In this document: piece after piece, positions 9,331 to 20,317 of the stretch
Layout: each line of letters begins with the position of its first letter
Position numbering within the stretch: the stretch's first letter is position 1
Assembly (NCBI GenBank): GCA_043228905.1
Contig: JBHGNT010000016.1
Span: 6,882,001 to 6,946,000, forward strand
Direction: 5' to 3'
DNA length: 64,000 nt
From: Azolla caroliniana
Lineage: Eukaryota > Plantae > Polypodiophyta
The notes under the pieces: generated by a model
The model's input: the letters and a program-made list of their open reading frames with translations, nothing else
Database searches by the model: none
What the model was told of the DNA's origin: nothing
Program-made: the position numbers and the translations under genes

Positions 9331-12300
9331 GTCTGTGTCGAGGTCGGATTGCGGTAGCGAGGTTGGATGGTGATGAGAGTGAGATTGAGAGAGAGAGAGT
9401 TCAGAAGGCAGGGGTTCTCTGTGCGTAGGTTCTCGTCTGATGATCTTGCAGCGTCTTGGTGCTTCTGTGCTCCTGGGTTCGCGAAAGTAAAGGGTCTCTA
9501 CGCGCAGTTGTTTTTGTCTGTGCATTCTGGCGCCTTTTTCGAGTGTGTGCATGTCGTGTACTAAAATAGCATTATGTCCTGTGGTGGCGCTTTAAATGCC
9601 CACTACTTGTCCGTTGGTCCTCTCGGACCCTTACCGGCCTCATTCTCCCCAGTTACTGGCTCGCCGTCTCTGCCATCTTGGTGGTTGCCGTTTCCCTCAC
9701 TGGTGTCAGTCCTTTGCTCAAATGGGTTCTTAGGCATCGGTCCTCTATATGGCTTCAATCGGAATCCGTTGACCCATTTGCCTAGCACTTCGTCGGCAAG
9801 TGTCCCTAACTGGTACGACCCATTATACTCCCGTGTTAGCCAATATGGTTTGGTCCATCTAAACCATAGTTTACCCGGCATCTTGCCCATCCGGGTCTGA
9901 AATACTAACACCAGTTTGCCGATTGTGAACATTTTTTCGTTTCCTTTCCTGTGCCGGTTGACAAATGCTTTCCGTCGCCGTTGTTCCAATTCTAAGTGCA
10001 GGATGCTTGCCAGTCGTTGTTCCTCGAGTTCACACAGCGCTGTTAACCGTATTACCTCCGACTCCTTCTCGTTCAACCGTTCCCGTAGCTAGATCCGTAA
10101 GCTGGGTACTTGGAATTCCACCGGCATTACCGCCTCTAGTCCGAACGCTAACCGGAACGGTGTTGTTCGGATGCTCGTCTTGTATGTCGTTCGGTATGCC
10201 CAAAGCGCGCTATGTAGCTTGGTATCCCAATCCGTTCGGTTTTCGTTGACGATCTTCCGGAGGATATTCTGGAGCGTCTTGTTCGTTGATTCCGCTAAAC
10301 CGTTCGCTTGCGGATAGTAAGGTGTGCTCCGTTTGTGGACAACGGCATAGAATGTCGTCTGGCTTTCCACTACTTGGCCGAGAAAGTGCCCCCCTTGGTC
10401 GCTTATTAATTCGATTGGGCATCCGTAACGGCACCAGATGTACTCGTATAGAAATTTCGCCGTTGACCCAGCAGTGTTGTCCCTTAATGCTTTGGCCTCC
10501 ACCCATTTCGTGCAGTAATTCGTCGCGACGATGACGTATCGATTACCCGTTCTCATTGCCAGTGGTTTGAATGGTCCAACAAAGTCCAGCCCCCACTTCT
10601 GGAATGGCTCGAGTGGTAGTACCGGCTGGTGTGGCATACGAGCCTGCTCCGTTGGCTGGCCCATTCGCTGGCATAGGTCACATTCTTTTGCGTACCGTAC
10701 CGCATCTCTTAATGTCGTTGGCCACCATAGGCCACTTTGCCATATTTTCCTGGCCGTCGCCTCTCCGGAATAGTGACCTCCGACAACTCCGTAGTGGGCT
10801 TCCCTCAGTATCAATTCCTTTTCATCACTGTGCACCGCCCATCTCCATATGCCGTCCGCTCCCTTGTGGTAAAGTGTGTCTTGCAGTAAGCAGAAATGTC
10901 GGCTTTGCACCGCCAGGCGTTTCCGTTCGTCCCGGTTCATCTCTTCCGGAGGCAGTCCTGTGCTCAGAAACTGGTGCATGTTTGTGAGCCACTTGTCTTC
11001 CTGTGCCACCGTCTCATTTGTTGTCGTCTCCGTAGTGACTCAAAATAGCTCCGCATCCGGAAACTCATCCGCTACTCCGTCACCCGTCTCTCCGGACTGT
11101 AATCGGCTTAAGTAATCCGCCATGGCATGCTGTATACCGGGTCGGTGGAATATTTCAAACTCGAACTCTTGTAACAGTAAGGTCCACCGGGCCAATTTGC
11201 CGGTGAGTGACGCTTTGGACACCAGGTAAAGGAGTGCCGAATGATCTACATGGAAGGAAAACTTTCTTCCCAATAAATAATGCCGAAACTTTCTCACACT
11301 GTAGATCATCCTTAGAGCTTCCCGTTCCGTGGTAGAGTAGTTCCGTTCGGCTTGGGATAGCTTTCGGCTGGCATAGTACACTGGTTGGTACCACTTTGGT
11401 TCCGTAAGCTGCATCAGTACGCTTCCGATTGCGATGTCGGAGGCGTCCACGAACACATGAAATTCTTTACTCCAATCCGGAGGCTGCACTACCGGTGCTT
11501 GCGACAATAGTACCTTGAGGGCCCTATACGCCCTATCCTCGGTGTCGGTCCACTGGAATGGTGTCCGATGTATGGCGGCATGCAACAGTGTAGCCAGGTC
11601 GGCCAAGTATCAAAGCATCCGGCTGTGCCACCAGATTTGGCCTATGAACCGGCTTAATGCCTTTGCCGTTGCCGGCACCGGTGCTTCTAATATGGCTTTC
11701 ACTTTGTCTGGGTCGACTGCAATACCTGCTTGGCTCACAATATGTCCTAATAGCGTTCCACTGGACACTCCAAATACACACATTGCCGGATTCAAGCTTA
11801 GCTGGTACGCTCTACACTTTTCAAGACAAAGGCGGAGGTGTTGAAAATGGTCCTCCTCCCGGCTATAGACGGCGAAATCGTCAAGGAAAACCTGCATAAA
11901 AGCCGGAATATATTCACCAAAGATTTCCATGATGATTCGTTGAAATGTTGTCGGTGCCATTTTGAGTCCGAACATCATCACCACGGCCACAAACACCCCC
12001 CATTCGGTGTCGAAAGCCATTTTCTCTTGGTCGTCGGGGTGCATCCGGATCTGATTATACCCGCTGAATCCGTCTAGGAAGCTATAGACCTCATGGCCGG
12101 CGACGGCATCCAACACTCCATCTGTGAACGGAAGTGGAAACGCATCTGTTACCGTAGCTGCATTGAGTTTCCAGTAGTCCACACAAACTCGAATTTTTCC
12201 GTTCTTCTTCGGTACGACTACGATCGGGCTCAGCCATGTCGCTTTCTTTACCGGACGGATAAAGCCAACTCTTAGCAGTTTGTCAATTTCCTCCTTGACT

Positions 12301-14682
12301 TTGGCGGCATAATTGGGATTCATCCAGTACCGTCATTGTATCACTGGTTTTGCGTCCTTGCTCAAGTGAACCTGATGCTGGTATAACTGAGGGTCAAGTC
12401 CTCGCATGTCTTCGTATGACCAGGCGAACACATCGCGAAATTCCGTGAGAAGTGTGATCATCGCCGTTTTGTCTTCGGACTTCATCTCCTTGGCGATGTG
12501 CACCGGTTTTGCTTCGTCCGTGGTCCCTTGGTTCACCTCTTCCAGTTGCGACGCTTTTACGCGCTGTGAAACGGCCATTTCCCGTTCCAATGCTTCCTAC
12601 GCTTGCCGTAACTCCCGGATTGCGTCTTTATCCGGTTCTGCTTCAGCCTCTTCCGGTTGCGGTAAGTATGGTGCTACTGCTTCGGCAATGTCAATTTCGA
12701 AGAGGGGTATGATCTTCGGGTTTTCTTGCAAGTACTGAGCTTCTTCTTCGTCAGCTAACCCTTCTAGCATGTTGACGCATTCCGCATACAACGGTGTACA
12801 TTCCTTGCCAATGCTCATCCTTGGCTGTGTTGGTACCCGTACCTTGGCTTTTCCTCGCCGGAAGGTAATTATATTTTTCCTCCAATTCTGTTTGATATGT
12901 GTCATTTTCAACCATGGCCGCCCCAGCAATAGCGGGTATGCGCCTTGTGCCTGTAATTGTAGCACTACTGCCGAGATGTGAAATGTATGACCGCTGACGG
13001 TGACTTCTAATTTCCGTATTAATCCTGTCGGCCGCACTGAGCTTGTATTGGCCATCCGCAACCAGAACGGACACGGCTCCCACTCGTGGATTCCTAGGGC
13101 ATCACACGTCCGGAGGCTTATTACATTCACCCCAAAGCCTCCGTCTATAACTGTGCCGGGGAGTTCTTTCCCTTTTACAATGGCAGTGATTACCGGACTG
13201 CTGGTGTCCACCACCGTTAGTCCCTCCTCCGGATTCGAGAAGAGTACCGGTGCCGGTGATGGTTCTCCTGCCGTCATGGCCGTCTTCAGTCCTTCAGTGA
13301 ATCTTGGCACAAGTTGTAGGAGTCTTCCTAGTGGCAACGTAATCTGGCATTCTTGCAACGCCTGCCATGTCTCGTTCTTGGAGTGACTACCACCGGCAAG
13401 CCCTACGGTGTTCTCCTTTTGCTGCTGTAAGTCTATGACATTCTGCTCGTTTGCTTTCTTTACCCATTCCGTTGCTTGTTTTCGGATGGTCTCCTGTGTC
13501 TCCCATTCTTTGGCCATGCCCTTCGACCTTGTGGTCACCTGCTGCAGATCCGCCACCTCAGGGACTACCATATTTATCGCCGGTCGTTTTTCATAGCTCT
13601 TCACCGGGCATTGGTTACTATAATGGCCTTCCTGTCGGCAGTAGTAGCAGTAGGCCTTCCGGGTATTGCTAGATTCGGCATTGTCTGTTGTACCCGGGGC
13701 AGGTCCTACGGCACGTGCGGGGTTTTGTACCGGTTGGCTACTTGGAGCTCCTTGTTCCGGATCCCGGGGGTAGCCGCCTTTTTTAAAATGCCGTTTTTTG
13801 TTATAGCTCTTCTTATTACGGTACTCTTGATGGGGTTGCCCGTTATATCTGCCGTATTCCTCCCGTTGCTGACGATACCCGGGGGAGTGCTCCTGTTCGT
13901 AATGTTCGTATCGTCTATTGTAATCCTGGTACCGATCATGCCGGTCATAGTTATCCCGCCGATCACCGTACCGGACATCAATTTCCCGTCGCTCGCCATA
14001 CTGGACATCCCGTGCCGGTCGGTCACGGTCCATTCGCCGCCAGCGTTCGTCTTCTTCATCCCGTCTGCTGCGTGGCTCAATTTGTCGGATGGGCGGTGCT
14101 TGCCGATTCAACAGATTATACTCGCACCTATCCGTCGTATGGCTCTTGGATTGACAAATTACACATTGCATCCTCATAGTGCATTCTAGAGCCGAGTGTC
14201 CGGAATTCAAGCAGGTTGTGCACTGTACTGCTTGCTGAAACCGGAGGTCTTCATCGGACGGTAACGCTCGTTGAAGTGCTCCCAGTGTGAGCTAGGAGCT
14301 TGTCTTTTCCATCTCTCTCACCCGGTCAATGACCTGGTCGATGGTACTTGTGCGGAAGTCGATTACCGTGCAAACCGTGCGTAGGGGTTCCCGGAGCGCG
14401 TTTAGGAATATAGTTCGTAATTCCTCTTCCGGAGGTGCGCGGGCAAGCTGACTATGCATCCGTTGAAACCGGATGACAAATTGGGGAATGCTCTCCCCTG
14501 CCTCCTGTCCGATGGTATAAAATAAGCCTACCATTACGGTCTGGTCCACCTCCTTTTGGAAAAAATGCAAGAATTTAGCTTTTAAATCTGCAAAGGTGTT
14601 GATGGTAGACGGGTCTTGCGTTCGGCGCCATCTTGCTGTCGGTCCCTCCAATGTGACGCCAAATTCCGCTATCTTAGAGCGT

Positions 14683-15272
14683 TGTCGTGAAGAATTTCGT
14701 CCAGAGGTGGAAACCGGGAAGCATTGGCTACATCGGCGGGGTGCAGCATGTGTGCTCACCCTTGTACATTTAGTATGAATAACGAGGGCGCCTTTATGGC
14801 GCCGAAGAGTAGTTAAGTCGGGATTTATCCCACATTGTAACGCATCCCTCTCCTTGTTCTATAAAAGGAAGGGAGCGGCCTTTGTGAAAGGGTTGCTCAT
14901 TTTGCGTTAGAGGGTATACCATTAGATTTAGGGTTAGCGTCTTCTTCTTCTTCTTCTTCTTCCCCCTTCGTGTTTTGCTTAGGGTTTGCTTTGGCTCGGC
15001 CTCCTGTGCAAGACCCCGCTCGGCGCGACGAGCCGAGAGCTCCCCGACGGCGGCTTGACAGCAAACGACTGTTGTAACCTACCTTGGTCCGGCTCGACGC
15101 CGGGAATGTATTCTCCCTTTTATATATATATACGTTTGCGTTTGTCTGTGTATATTCGCGTCTTTGCTGGTGTCCGATGCTTCCCCCTTCCTGCGTTTCC
15201 TGTACATAAGGGCGTGAGTCGGGTTGGCCTGTGTGTGTGTGTGCATGTGTGTGCGTGAGTCAGTGTCAAGCG

Positions 15273-15317
<45 letters not shown>

Positions 15318-15445
15318 ATTGCTTCCGATGTGCTTCTGGGATGCCCCGGAAACGGTGAAGTACGACTTCCTACGCTCCGTCACTCCCTAGTCCAAGACCC
15401 CCGTGGTCACTTCCTTTCTCCACGCACGCGCGTAACAACACGACA
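14683..15445 (+). repeat. 5' LTR of B2
   Basis: TGTCGTGAAG...CGACA; CTATAAAAGG; (CTT)n, (GT)n and (CT)n tracts; TTAGGGTT motifs. Confidence 0.95.
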
Positions 15446-15449
15446 TCTT

Positions 15450-15467
15450 TGGTGAACCCGACGTGAA
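15450..15467 (+). promoter_or_regulatory. Primer binding site complementary to the tRNA-Trp(CCA) 3' end
   Basis: TGGTGAACCCGACGTGAA is the reverse complement of TTCACGTCGGGTTCACCA, the plant cytosolic tRNA-Trp 3' end as I recall it. Confidence 0.9.
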
Positions 15468-15482
15468 AGGCGGCAAGGGAGG

Positions 15483-16784
15483 ATGAAGTCGGAAGAAGAC
15501 GACCTCGCGGTGATGGTGGCCAAAGTGGTGTTGGAGTCGACACGAGTGGTGATGAGGCGAGAAGCAGCGCAACAAGCGGTCGAACGAGTGGTCGAAAGAG
15601 TCGGCCGTTTCAACGGGGACAAAGTCCCATCTTACTTGGAAGCGTACAATGCGGAAATGGAGGAGCGTAGCGTAGACGAGGTGTTGAGGCTGGAGTTCTT
15701 CTGTCGGGTCGTAGCTGTCCGGATGCATGCAGAAGTAAAGGAGCTCCGTGAGGCTCATAGTTCGTGGGAGGCCTTCAAAGAGGCGCTCCTAAAGGCATAC
15801 GGAGGACGGCGGAAGAGCTGGGGACGACACGACTTCGACCAGTGGGTAGCATCGGCAAAGACCCACCGGGGCGCGACGAAGGCGTTCCGAGAGTTCGAGC
15901 GACGATTTGCTCGGCTCCCGGAGCGGGAACAAGGTTTGGTGGGGACGGACAAGGTCCTATTGTTCGTCAGGTCGATCGACCGAGTGGAACGGGAGGCCAT
16001 CGGGATTGAGCTCGAAGATGACGACGGAGCGAATGGGCTTACGGAGGACTGGTCGAAGGTCGGAAGGGTGTGCCAACGGCTAGATGATGAGCGAGCCGAG
16101 AAGGCTAAGAGGAAGGGGCGTGACGGCGTGCCATCACAGCGGGAAGAGGCCGAGCGACAAAGGGAGTTGGCAAGGGTCGGCGTTGAGGCCCGGATTGCGG
16201 AGGCGTACGCAGTTCTCGAGGCGATGCTCGAGGAAGAGGAAAGATCGAGGCCGCAAGCCGAGACTGAGGAGACGGACTTGCCCCACGTGACGGCGGAAGA
16301 TTGGTGCGACGGTACCACGGGAGAGGGTGCGGAACAAAACGCCCTCTCGACTTGCGGAGATAGAACGGCCAAGGACGAGGCCGAGATACAGATCGCGGAA
16401 CCGGATAGTTGGGACTGGCGGTTTCGGGCGTGTCAACCCGAAACCCCGGACATCAGAGAAGCAAGCCTAGGCGGGGCCTGCGCGATTGGTAAAAAGGCGA
16501 CCGCTGACCACGAAGAGTCAGTGGCTACGGACAAGGGCGTAAAACGGACGGGCGATTCTTTGTGTCTTCCCACACTTGCTCCCGAGACGATGGCAGTTGG
16601 GCCCGAGTGCCCATGTGAGTCCCAACCGGAGGAAGGTGGCGGCGAAGGACCAAGAATCACCGGCGAGACGATACGGGGAAGGAACGGACGAATGCCCTCG
16701 GACCCGATTCCGGAGAACTCGGCATTCGGGCCCGTATGCCCATGTAAGACCGAGGAGATGGATGGCGGTACCAAGGAGTCCTAG
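15483..16784 (+). CDS. gag: Gag-like (capsid) protein of B2, 433 aa, no zinc knuckle, low-complexity tail
   Basis: The first ~200 aa align with D gag (GRFNGDKVPSYL vs GMFDGTNISKYV; WEAFKEAL vs WNAFKEAL; GLTEDW vs GITVDW). Confidence 0.85.
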   Translation: MKSEEDDLAVMVAKVVLESTRVVMRREAAQQAVERVVERVGRFNGDKVPSYLEAYNAEMEERSVDEVLRLEFFCRVVAVRMHAEVKELREAHSSWEAFKEALLKAYGGRRKSWGRHDFDQWVASAKTHRGATKAFREFERRFARLPEREQGLVGTDKVLLFVRSIDRVEREAIGIELEDDDGANGLTEDWSKVGRVCQRLDDERAEKAKRKGRDGVPSQREEAERQRELARVGVEARIAEAYAVLEAMLEEEERSRPQAETEETDLPHVTAEDWCDGTTGEGAEQNALSTCGDRTAKDEAEIQIAEPDSWDWRFRACQPETPDIREASLGGACAIGKKATADHEESVATDKGVKRTGDSLCLPTLAPETMAVGPECPCESQPEEGGGEGPRITGETIRGRNGRMPSDPIPENSAFGPVCPCKTEEMDGGTKES

Positions 16785-17199
16785 CATGATGCCAGCGAAC
16801 ATGGATGGGAAACAGCCAGTGAGGAGTCCGAGGACGGACGCGGCATGAGGAGATCGGCATTCCGATGTGGATGGAGCAGAATCCGGGCGTGGATCGTTCG
16901 ATCGGGGCCGGATTCGGCATGAAAGCGCCGATACGGAAGAGGGGTGCGGGACGAGCCGCCCTCTTTTACATGGGGAGAAAGACTGACCAGGCGAAGGTCG
17001 GGAATTGGAAAGGAAGGTGATCAAAGGTTCGGAACGAGTCTGGCAAGATCGGCATCGGAGCCGAAACTCCGGACATCGGAGAATCAAGCTCAGGCGGGGC
17101 TTGATTGATCACAGAGCGGATGCTATCCACCGACACCACTAAAAGGGGCGGTGGCCCGGACGAGTTACAGAAAGACGTTGCGAAACCAGTTACGCCACA

Positions 17200-19170
17200 T
17201 CTTATCCGGAGACTTCGGCTGTTCGGCCGACGGGGCAATGTTAGGCCAAAAGAGATGGGAGATGGAGGCGAGAACGCGAAGAGGAGAGCAAATGACGAGT
17301 TCGGGAGAAGTAAAAGGGATGAAGAGGAGAACGAAGACCGTCCCTACCGAGATCCTTACACCGATCCGGCTGTCGGCCCGAGTGCCGGCGTGAGTTCTAT
17401 AGGAGAGGTCGGTGGCGACAGGAAAACGGGCCCAACAATCCGGAGAATGACGAACGGACCCGGACGAGAACCGGGCGGAGCGGACTCCTGGATGACCGTT
17501 CCGGGAGGGAGGAAGAGAGCAGGCCTACGAAGAGGCCGAGGACACAGTACGTCGGTACCACGGGAGAGGGTGCGGAGAAAACCGCCCTCTCGACATGCGG
17601 AAAAGGGCGGTCCGGGATAGGGTCAGGAAGACAAATCGGAGGCCCAAGGAGGATCCTTCACACCGGATCTAGAGACTTCGGTAGTCGGCAACGCGGTCGA
17701 CGTAAGACCAAGATACTGACGGTGGCGGCGAGGTGACGAAGGCAAGGGCTACGGATGGGCGGTCTACGAAGATCCTCACACCGATCCGGCGGTTGGCCCG
17801 AGAGCCGGCGTGAGTCCTATAGGAAGGGACGGTGGCGGCAGGTGAACGTGACCAGGTGGCAAGCGGTGCTGCAGCGACCTTACACACACCGTTTCTGGAG
17901 ACTCTGGCGATCGGCCCGAGAGCCGACGTGAGACCTAGAGTGAAGAACGGTGGCGGCGGCAAGGCGGGAAAACCGAGGTCCCACGAAGATCCTCACACCG
18001 ATCCGGCGGTCGGCCCGAGAGCCGGCGTGAGTCCCATAGGGAAGATCGGTGGCGGCAGGAGAACGTGATAAGACGACAGAGGCGACAAACGGCAAGGAGG
18101 TATCAGGCCGGCGAGGTCAGTGAGTGTAAGGAAGTCCAGTCCTACGGGATCCCCACACTTAACCAGAGACTCCGGCAATTCGGCCAACGTGGCAACATGA
18201 GACCGAGAGAGAAGGTTGGTGGCGGCAGGAAACGAGACCAGACTACGCGGAAGACACGAGGAGAGTCCGGGAGGGACTCAAACAAAAGACACCCGAATTT
18301 CGGCAAGCATGGAAACGGAGTCTGGTCCTATGGGACCCTCACACCGATCCGGAGACTCCGGCAGTTCGGCCAACGTGGCAACATGAGACTGAGAGAGAAG
18401 GTTGGTGGCGGGAGGGAACGGGACCATTGACATGAGGTAGCAGATCCAGAGTCGGTAAGACGGGGCGGACGAAGTGCGAAACCCTCACCGGACGGTTACG
18501 GTTTCGGAAGTAGCTAGTAGGGGCAAACACAAGGAGGTGTGTTGTGCCGGAAAGGCACACCTGGGACGGAATAAGAGTCTCGCCAGTGGCCATCGCGGGC
18601 CGGATCAAAGTGTGACTACGGGACGGCGTTCGGCGCAGGCGGTGCCGAACAAAGGAATCGGAAGACGGCACAAGGGAGGTGCCGGGAACGAGGTGACGGG
18701 TTCCTAGTGGACTGCACAGGGTCAGAGTCAAGGGATGGCAAGAGAGGCCGGAGGAGGATCCTCCACACTCGCTTCGTAGATCTCGGTAGCTCCGTCGAAG
18801 TAGCGAAGACTGACACGGCAAGCCCGGGGTGAAGCTGGTGGGGGCGAGGGGACGACGGCAAGCGGAAGACTCAGGACCTGTTGCCGCAGCACGAAGACAA
18901 GAAGGGCCAAGCGGGGTGTTCCTCGGGTGCGGAGGACACCAATATGCGGGTGAGTGGCGATGCGCGATCTGGCCAGGAAACGGGCCGACAAAGCGTGCAA
19001 TGAACCGGAGTACGGCACAGCCAGTGCCAAACAACGGACGAGTGAATGTGGCACACGGAGGTGCCGGAGCGGAATGGTGAGCACGGAGATGGGTTGCGCA
19101 GTTCGGAGGTATCGCGTAGAAGGCCGAGGAGGATCCTCCACACCGTTCCGGAGACCATGGCGGTTCGAGC
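17200..19170 (+). repeat. Dispersed degenerate repeats in the non-coding interior of B2 (core GATCCTCCACACCG...GAGACTCCGGC...TCGGC); also present in B1 ~21900-23520
   Basis: Copies near 17350, 17650, 17770, 17880, 17985, 18145, 18330, 18755 and 19130. Confidence 0.8.
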
Positions 19171-19550
19171 GGACGCGACGATATAAGACCATGGAGAAGG
19201 AAGGTAGCGGCGAGAGGACGAAGGCAATGCGAAACAACATGGGACGGCAATCAAGACAACACGAATGCTCAACGGAGGACATCGGGCATACGGCGGGGAA
19301 CGGGGCGTGCATACGGCCAAACAAGGGCCAGCGGAAGTACGCGTATTATGGAGATCGCGGTGGAAGACCCATCGACGGGTCAAACGAGCGAACGGGGAGG
19401 TAAGCGCGAAGGAAGAACCAAAGTCGACGGATCAAATCGGCAACGAGCCGGGATGTGGATTACGGAAGACCAGTTTCTCACCGGCCGAAATCTCTCACCC
19501 TCCACCGGAATTGGCACGTACCGGTGGACGTGCGGTTAGGTGGGGGCGGA

Positions 19551-20077
19551 TGTCGTGAAGAATTTCGTCCAGAGGTGGAAACCGGGGTGCAGCATGTGTG
19601 CTCACCCTTGTACATTTAGTGTGAATAACAAGGGCGCCTTTATGGCGCCGAAGAGTAGTTAAGTCAGGATTTATCCCACATTGTAACGCATCCCTCTCCT
19701 TGTTCTATAAAAGGAAAGGAGCGGCCTTTGTGAAAGGGTTGCCCATTTTGCGTTAGAGGGTATACCGTTAGATTTAGGGTTAGCTTCTTCTTCTTCTTCT
19801 TCTTCTTCTTCCCCCTTTGTGTTTTGCTTAGGGTTTGCTTTGGCTCGGCCTCCTGTGCAAGACCCCGCTCGGCGCGACGAGCCGAGAGCTCCCCAACGAG
19901 ATCTTGACAGCAGACGACTGCTGTAACCTACCTTGGTCCGGCTCGACGCTGGGAATGTATTCTCCCTTTTATATATATATACGTTTGCGTTTGTCTGTGT
20001 ATATTCGCGTCTTTGCTGGTGTCGGGTGCTTCCCCCTTCCTGCGTTTCCTGTACATAAGGGCGTGAGTCGGGTTGGC

Positions 20078-20132
<55 letters not shown>

Positions 20133-20148
20133 CGTGAGTCAGTGTCAA

Positions 20149-20190
<42 letters not shown>

Positions 20191-20317
20191 ATTGCTTCCG
20201 GTGTGCTTCTAGGATGCCCCGGAAACGGTGAAGTACAACTTCCTACGCTCCGTCACTCCCTAGTCCAAGACCCCCGTGGTCCCGCCTTTCTCCACGCACG
20301 CGCGTAACAACGCGACA
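19551..20317 (+). repeat. 3' LTR of B2
   Basis: Direct repeat of 14683-15445 with microsatellite length changes and a short deletion near its 5' end. Confidence 0.95.

Larger units (their letters stand above)
14683..20317 (+). mobile_element. Complete non-autonomous gag-only LTR element 'B2' (TR-GAG-like)
   Basis: Two near-identical LTRs, perfect PBS, intact gag-like ORF, no pol, PPT; flanked by GCGT (14679-82) and ACGT (20318-21). Confidence 0.93.

Noticed and set aside
14925-14990. TTAGGG motifs as interstitial telomere
   Set aside because: Isolated telo-box-sized units inside LTRs, not a tandem array.
17105-19400. ORFs of 170-300 aa inside B2 (and similar ones in B1)
   Set aside because: Not conserved in frame between B1 and B2; they arise from GC-rich repeats.
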